From contig CAJINV010000008.1 in the NCBI GenBank assembly GCA_905178155.1, positions 1,736,001 to 1,800,000 on the forward strand: DNA of 64,000 nt, in the 5' to 3' direction. This document shows positions 58,113 through 64,000 of the stretch, one piece after another (position 1 is the stretch's first letter; every line of letters starts with the position of its first letter). Position numbers and translations under genes: made by a program. The notes under the pieces are model-generated. The model worked only from the letters and a program-made list of their open reading frames with translations. It was not told the origin of the DNA and did not search any database. This stretch comes from Amoebophrya sp. A120 (taxonomy: Eukaryota; Protista; Dinoflagellata).

Positions 58113-59221
58113 TTTGCTCGTCGTAACTCTTTTACTTTTTGGAAGCAGGAAAGAAACTTACAGCCCCGAAGCGGCAGTTTTGAAAGTAAGACTCTTTTCA
58201 ATTCTATTTCTATCTTGCAAATTAATATAGAAATGCTGTCGTAACCCTTGTTTGATATCGGTGTGAAACAAACTGCTGTAGCCAATACTTCAAGAACACT
58301 GCCTTCAATTTTTATATCGAAGAAAAATTATTCTTGATGGGTCTAAATAGTTGTGGTGTGTCCGCTGTCAGGAAGTTGTGGTGGGAAGATTACAGATATT
58401 TTCGTCAAGATCAAAACTTTTCACCCACACAATCTAATCAAATCAGGAAAAGCAGCGCTTTGCTTTGATGTGAAAAAAACGCATTTTTGTCTGAAAAAAA
58501 CGAATCACTCGGGAGAAACCTCATTTTCCATAGAAGATTCTTGGTAGCACCTTTAGGTCGATTTCTCTCGCAGATTGGAGATCGCGATTGATCTCCGATT
58601 TTTTCGCATAACGATCTGTTTGAAAATTTGAATGGGAGGGCTCATGACCTAGGCAAAATTTGTGGGCAATTAGAATTATTCAGTTCGCATTAGCCTCATT
58701 TTTGATTGCAACGAAAAAGAACACGCACCGGTTTTTGTTAGCATAGTTCATGAAACACTCATGAACCATTTTTACACGATGGAAAAAAATCTTGCAACAC
58801 GGCGAATCACCGACACACACACACATCCAAAGCAGCATATAATTTTCGAGTGGAAACAAAATCAAAGCATTTTCATTGATTCAGATTCTCAGTTCGATTT
58901 ACATTTACATTTGGATCATCGAAACTTTATTGACGGGCTGGCCTGTCGTTCTAATTTTTCAAAAAGTCAAGGTTAAAAGCCACAGAACTAAATAGCTGCT
59001 CGTGAAGTCAACAGTTTCCCTGCTGAAGAAGTATGTAGCAATTTCTAAAATATTTATCAACATCAACTCTGCCTGGCTGCTTTTGGTGCTTCTTTTTTGC
59101 TTGTCCATGTGCTGCAACCAACATCCATCTAACATATAAATAAGTAGATACGTATGGAATCAGATACAGTAAAGCGTTTTGCCTTGTTAGCCCGTTGCAT
59201 CTCCTGGCAGCAACGCACTAC

Positions 59222-61222
59222 TTATTTTTTCATCTCCTCCGGAGTCTGTCGTGGCTGCCAGCCTCCGAGTGGAGGCACCCGTTGGCTTCTCCTTCTCGCC
59301 GCAGAAAATCCACGAAGTCCGACGGGTCGCGACTCCGAATTCATATCAAGGTCCGCATTGCTGGTGTAATAACTTGCCCAGGACGGCGCATCTGCGTTTG
59401 CTCTGTGCCGCGGGAAAAACTCGCGCGCGGAACTGCCGTCCGCGACGCCGCTACGGGGCTTCCACCTCCTTGCCTCTTCAGGCACGCCCTTTGAAGCGTA
59501 GCTGTGGCTAATATCCTCTTGTTCGTGAGCCAACAAATCCATCTCTTCAAGCTGGCGGACGGTGACGGCTTGTTGCGGGGAGAGACCTCCTTGTTTTTCC
59601 CTCGAAAGCACGCCCGCAGGTGATACGTCTGTCGGATACGGTGTGCTGCCACTAAACTCAGAAGTGCGACTTGACCACGGCGGAAGATGAAATGCGTCAG
59701 CATCTGCTGTGGCACGATTCGATAATCGTCCAGCTCTCAGCAACCCTCGTCTTCGCTCCGGGTGTTCGACGACGTCCTCTTTTCGCGGCTCCGGCTTCGT
59801 TGCTGTTTTATTGTGGCGCCCGTGGACCAACCCTTCGTGCAGGCTGGACGGGCACGGAAACACTGCATGTTTATCCGACGGGCAACCAGTCCCAGTGAAT
59901 AAAACGGTCAGGAAAAGCAAACCAACAAGGGCCTGGCCGCTAAAGGTGAACATCATCCCACAGCCGAGAGCGCTCCGACCGACGCGCAGCCAGCGCGTGC
60001 ACGGGAATTCGGCGTGGAAGTAGGACCCCACCGCACGAAGCCCCGAACCGCGCAAGTGGAGAAGGCCCAGTGAGTCGTCACACAAGGCGGCAACAGGCTC
60101 CCAGCAGCAGGCAATCGAAGACCCAATCGCGCCGCAGGCAATGCAAAAACAGCAATCGTAAATGCCGCACGACCCGTCCTCGCACCGATAGTCGGGGTTC
60201 TCCACCGCCGGGTCGTAGTCAAGTGGAGGTCCAGGACTCCGTCGTGGCACCCGATACCCCGGCAGCGGTGGCATATTCACCGCCATCTGATGACCGTCAT
60301 CAGACACTTGCACCGGGAGGATATCGTGCCGAGAATGCCGGTGACCACCGTCTGTGGGACTTACGCGCCTGTAGCGGCCTCTTTCCGGTGCGTCACCGGT
60401 GCCTCTGGTTGACGCAGGGGGCGAAGTTTGCGGAGAAGGGGCGGTGGAGGGAGATCTGTTATTATTGGAGGAGGGGCTGAGGAGGGGCTCATCTCGGCTG
60501 GTGCTCCACCGCCTACTTGCTGTGGCGCTCGGAGGCCGTACATCACCGCTACTACTAGTTGCAGTTCTACCACCGCAGCTCCCGAAAATAAACGTAGACC
60601 CGGGAAAGGACGAACCCGAGGAGGAAGAAGAGCTAGTACCATTCTGGTTGCCGAACTGCAGGAACTCGCGCAACTCCCTCTCGAACCCGACGGGCTTGCG
60701 ACAAGTGGGGCAGTTGAGACGCTTGTAGGTAATCCGATTCGTAGCGATGCACTCTGTGTGGAAGGTGTGACCGCACTGAACCATAATACACGGCTCCTCC
60801 GTCCGCGGATCCATCGATTCGTGGCAAATCACGCAGATACCGTGCTGCGGCTCTGTTACTTCTCGCGAAGATTTCGCCTTCGTTTTTCTCCATTCCTCAC
60901 TGCAATTTCTAAAAATCAGTCCCGGTGTCAATCCGCAAGCTGCACCTGTTCTCGCGACCGCAATTTCTTCGATGTTGTCCGTTGTCTGGTGCGGCCCTTC
61001 GGAAGAATTATGGTCCGCAGTAGATGAGATTCCGCGAGACGAGGTGGACGGGACCAACCAACTCATCCGCACTGCAACTGCAACATGATCTATCGTCTGC
61101 AGCGAAAAGATAATTTTCATCCAGATAATCGCTGCGAGATGGAAGTGTCCCATTCTCGTGCCGGCGAGAAACTGCCGCCGGACAATGTGCGCCTGCATCT
61201 TGCTCGACAATCTATTTTCCAT
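59222..61222 (-). CDS. RING-H2 zinc finger protein with hydrophobic and Cys-rich segments (666 aa, intronless)
   Basis: CVICHE...CGHTFHTECI...CPTCR; Cys-rich stretch and a putative TM helix downstream. Confidence 0.85.
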   Translation of the reverse strand: MENRLSSKMQAHIVRRQFLAGTRMGHFHLAAIIWMKIIFSLQTIDHVAVAVRMSWLVPSTSSRGISSTADHNSSEGPHQTTDNIEEIAVARTGAACGLTPGLIFRNCSEEWRKTKAKSSREVTEPQHGICVICHESMDPRTEEPCIMVQCGHTFHTECIATNRITYKRLNCPTCRKPVGFERELREFLQFGNQNGTSSSSSSGSSFPGSTFIFGSCGGRTATSSSGDVRPPSATASRRWSTSRDEPLLSPSSNNNRSPSTAPSPQTSPPASTRGTGDAPERGRYRRVSPTDGGHRHSRHDILPVQVSDDGHQMAVNMPPLPGYRVPRRSPGPPLDYDPAVENPDYRCEDGSCGIYDCCFCIACGAIGSSIACCWEPVAALCDDSLGLLHLRGSGLRAVGSYFHAEFPCTRWLRVGRSALGCGMMFTFSGQALVGLLFLTVLFTGTGCPSDKHAVFPCPSSLHEGLVHGRHNKTATKPEPRKEDVVEHPERRRGLLRAGRLSNRATADADAFHLPPWSSRTSEFSGSTPYPTDVSPAGVLSREKQGGLSPQQAVTVRQLEEMDLLAHEQEDISHSYASKGVPEEARRWKPRSGVADGSSAREFFPRHRANADAPSWASYYTSNADLDMNSESRPVGLRGFSAARRRSQRVPPLGGWQPRQTPEEMKK

Positions 61223-61989
61223 CGTTCGAATCTAATTGGCACGTACAAACTGAAGCGCTGGGTATATCTAAACTTCGATCGTCATCAATGTGGTGTTAGA
61301 TAGGTGTTGGGCTTTCTTCATCGAATTCGAAGATTCATAAAATATGCATTTGCAAAGTAATCCGCATCATGATCTGCCTGCGCGCAGTTACAGATCAAGA
61401 ACGCGTCGCTGTTCATTTATGAAAAATGTTCGTCTATTAAAGGAGCGGTGGTGTTTTTTTTCGTACTCTTTTAATGATTTGAGCATCCACCTTGTGCGGC
61501 GCACGCCTGTTCATGATCTGTAGCCGATGTTATTCGGCACAAGGCACGGAGGTCCGACTCCAATACTGTGCGCGGATCCCGGGCGATTTTTGAGATCACT
61601 TAAATTCATTGCAGCACGATCTAGATCTCACAAGGCAAGAATGTCGACTATGGAGACTCGCACCTTGCTCCGAAGGCAAGAACTATGGCACAGAAGATCG
61701 CGACTTTTCGGAGGAGGGGCTGGAATTTTTTTTGCTGGTTCTTTTCCGCTTCGTGAGATTTTGAGCTTATTTGTCGAGCGCCTGGTGATACGCGTTCCGG
61801 AGCAACAACAAACAGATTAGGCGGCATGCTCTTGCTGCTGCTGGCACATCAAGATCATTGGCGCACATCTCTGGCGCAGCGCACCTCGACGTTGGTGGCG
61901 CTCGGAGGCCGCGCGCGCGACTTCTAGCACACGCCGAGGGGTGCTGCCAAGCAAGGTCAACATTGTTGATTCTGGCGCGCAATACACAC

Positions 61990-63320
61990 TCTCTCACTCA
62001 CAGAGCCGGCGGCGATATTGAAGCACCTGGCTGCGCTCACAGCCGGAACTGGGCTGCAGGTGGGGCGCGGTGGCTCTCGCAACAAGCCACAGGTAGGAAC
62101 GGCCAGCACGGCGCCAGAGGCCACAGGTAGCAACCGAAACGCCAGCCAAGCCGGCCACTTCCGGTCGTGTGTGGAAAGGCCGAAGGCAGAGGGCCCGGGA
62201 ACCGGCCCCGCCAGCCAATGCCCACAAAGCGAGGCGGGGCAGGGAGACGCGGCGGCCGCGGTGTCTGCGTCCTTTTCCGTCGCCGGCCATACGGGTCGGC
62301 AAACTTGGCCACATCGCCGGCAATTTGCTGGGCATTTTCTGGCCGGTCGCTGCCCTCGCTTCTGCCCCCGCCGCTCGCGCTGTCTCGCCGAAAAAGCCAG
62401 CGGCGGACTTGCTGGAAAGCTCTGCGCTATCGTAATTAGTCAATTGCACCGCCCTCCCGCGAGACAGCACCACTGCCGCCATTCCTGGGTCCTCGATGGA
62501 GAGGATGCGATCCGACGGCAGCTGAATTGAAGGCGGGAAAAGCGCCAAACTCCGGTCGGCGTCGAAGCCCTGACCCCCATCTTGCGTAGACAGGGTAATG
62601 GAGTCAGCGACCCGGCGCCATGCATCGTTCCGATTTCCGGCCAAAGAGCCTGTGGAACGAGGGGCGATTTCAGTCGTCGCGCTGATCCACTTGAAACAAA
62701 TGGGGCCCACTCACCACCGCCCACAGTCGCCCTGCGTCTACCAGGACCATCCTCCCGCCCAGGCGCTGCGGCGCCCACACGCCACAGGCAGCCCGCGCGC
62801 GTGGCCCGGGCTTGAACCAAGGAACACGGGGCGAAGTCAATGCATGCCGATGCCCTACTAAGCCCGGCGGAACGAAGCCCGTCCGCCGATTCGCAGGACG
62901 AACCGCGCGCGCGCGCAGCGCGGGCGCACCGCGGGACCCACGAGGGGCCCGGGCACGGGAGCCAGGCGGCGGCGCGCCCCCAAAGTTCGCGCGCAGCAGC
63001 AGCCCCCCGCCCGCCCCCGCGCCATCGCCGGCATGCGCGCGCCATCATCGGAGGAGGCCCCACACCCGCGCGACAACTCTCATATGCCGCACGGCTGGGG
63101 GCTCGCGAAAGTCTGGGCTTGCCAATGGAGCAACTCTCTCCGCGATGGAGAACCTCTTCCGCCCACCTTTCAACAACCGGGCTCGCGGAAGTCTTCGAGC
63201 GAGTCCCGAATTGGGCGCCCTAGCGCCTGCGCCTCTGCTCTATTCCGATAGCGATAAAGCGGAAACGCTGAAAGGCCGAAGAGGTTGGCACCTGGCGCGC
63301 GGCGCGGTGCTGCACACACG
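61990..63320. other. Very GC-rich, apparently non-coding island (possible repeat or TE)
   Basis: Abrupt compositional shift, GC runs, overlapping ORFs in all frames with no protein-like signal. Confidence 0.4.
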
Positions 63321-63635
63321 CGACACCAATGCCGGCGCTGTTAAATTTAACAGCGAACGACTACGGTATGCCATACATAGCCCCGCGCACTCGCAATGAC
63401 GGCAGCGGACTTCTAGGACTTTACTCCGCTATTTTCTTTTCGCTGGCGCCTCTCTGCACGCAGTTCTTCATGCGCAAGTTTATTTTACAACCAGAGAACA
63501 CATTGCACAATGGTACATCTCCTGCTGCTTGAGCAGAATTTTTCTTCAGTACTGTTTAGCATTTTTCGGTTTGGACAACGATATGAAACATGTGGAAAGC
63601 AACGCTATTTCCTCAACAAACTGAAGTCCGGATTG

Positions 63636-64000
63636 CTATTTCGACTTCCCGCAACCGCCGGACTTTCCGTACACTCCACTTGCATCGTCTGCCAGAGCAG
63701 CATTATCCTTGCCGCCTTTGTGCCCACTTTTGATGCCCGTCTGCTCGTCCTGCTCTTCAGCACCGGTCTTGCTTACTGCAGTGCTCGACTTTCCCGACTT
63801 CTTCCCGTCTTCCTTTCCGCCCTTCGCCGCAACGCCAGAAGGAACACAACAAGCGGATCCCTTCTCCGCATTTTCTGCTCCCTTACTGCTGGTGCCCGTT
63901 GACGATTTCGCCCCTTTCTCCTTCCCTCCACCGCTTGCGCCCTTCCCCTTCCCCTTACTGGACTTCAACGGTGGCGCCATCATGGCCTTCAGATCCGCCT
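63636..64000 (-). CDS. 3' end of a Gly/Lys/Ser-rich protein gene continuing beyond the window
   Basis: Frame open from the window edge to TAG at 63636. Confidence 0.6.
   Translation of the reverse strand, partial: ADLKAMMAPPLKSSKGKGKGASGGGKEKGAKSSTGTSSKGAENAEKGSACCVPSGVAAKGGKEDGKKSGKSSTAVSKTGAEEQDEQTGIKSGHKGGKDNAALADDASGVYGKSGGCGKSK

Noticed and set aside
1-64000. Stop-codon reassignment as an explanation for broken ORFs
   Set aside because: Long ORFs are open in the standard code and the breaks are explained by introns.

Overview
Eukaryotic nuclear DNA in which every credible gene lies on the minus strand. Most introns are non-canonical, bounded by inverted repeats and short direct repeats (introner elements). 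This architecture is characteristic of the syndinian dinoflagellate parasite Amoebophrya; the taxon is my inference. The first ~8.5 kb is a tyrosine-recombinase (YR) retrotransposon with the uncommon order gag - YR - RT/RNaseH/MT. Its RT ORF (2277 to <1) is absent from the ORF track because it runs off the window edge. Its gag gene is split by a canonical GT-AG intron and by a 622-nt TIR insertion whose removal restores the frame. Host genes I could reconstruct: a TMEM245/AI-2E-like membrane protein (6 introns, one a GC-rich TIR element flanked by a 45-bp direct repeat), an AP2-domain protein, a Mut-7/EXD3-like 3'-5' exonuclease, a ~3,500-aa unknown protein, an APH/choline-kinase-like protein, an MBS1-like zinc finger, a His-Cys-box-like protein with micro-exons between stacked introners, a histone H2B variant with a KDKG[YF] repeat tail, and a RING-H2 protein. 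Introners of unrelated families share TAT...ATA termini, a 5-bp target duplication and an internal ATTTGTNAT(G/T)CA-like motif. All gene models were assembled by hand from frame restoration and have not been checked against transcripts.
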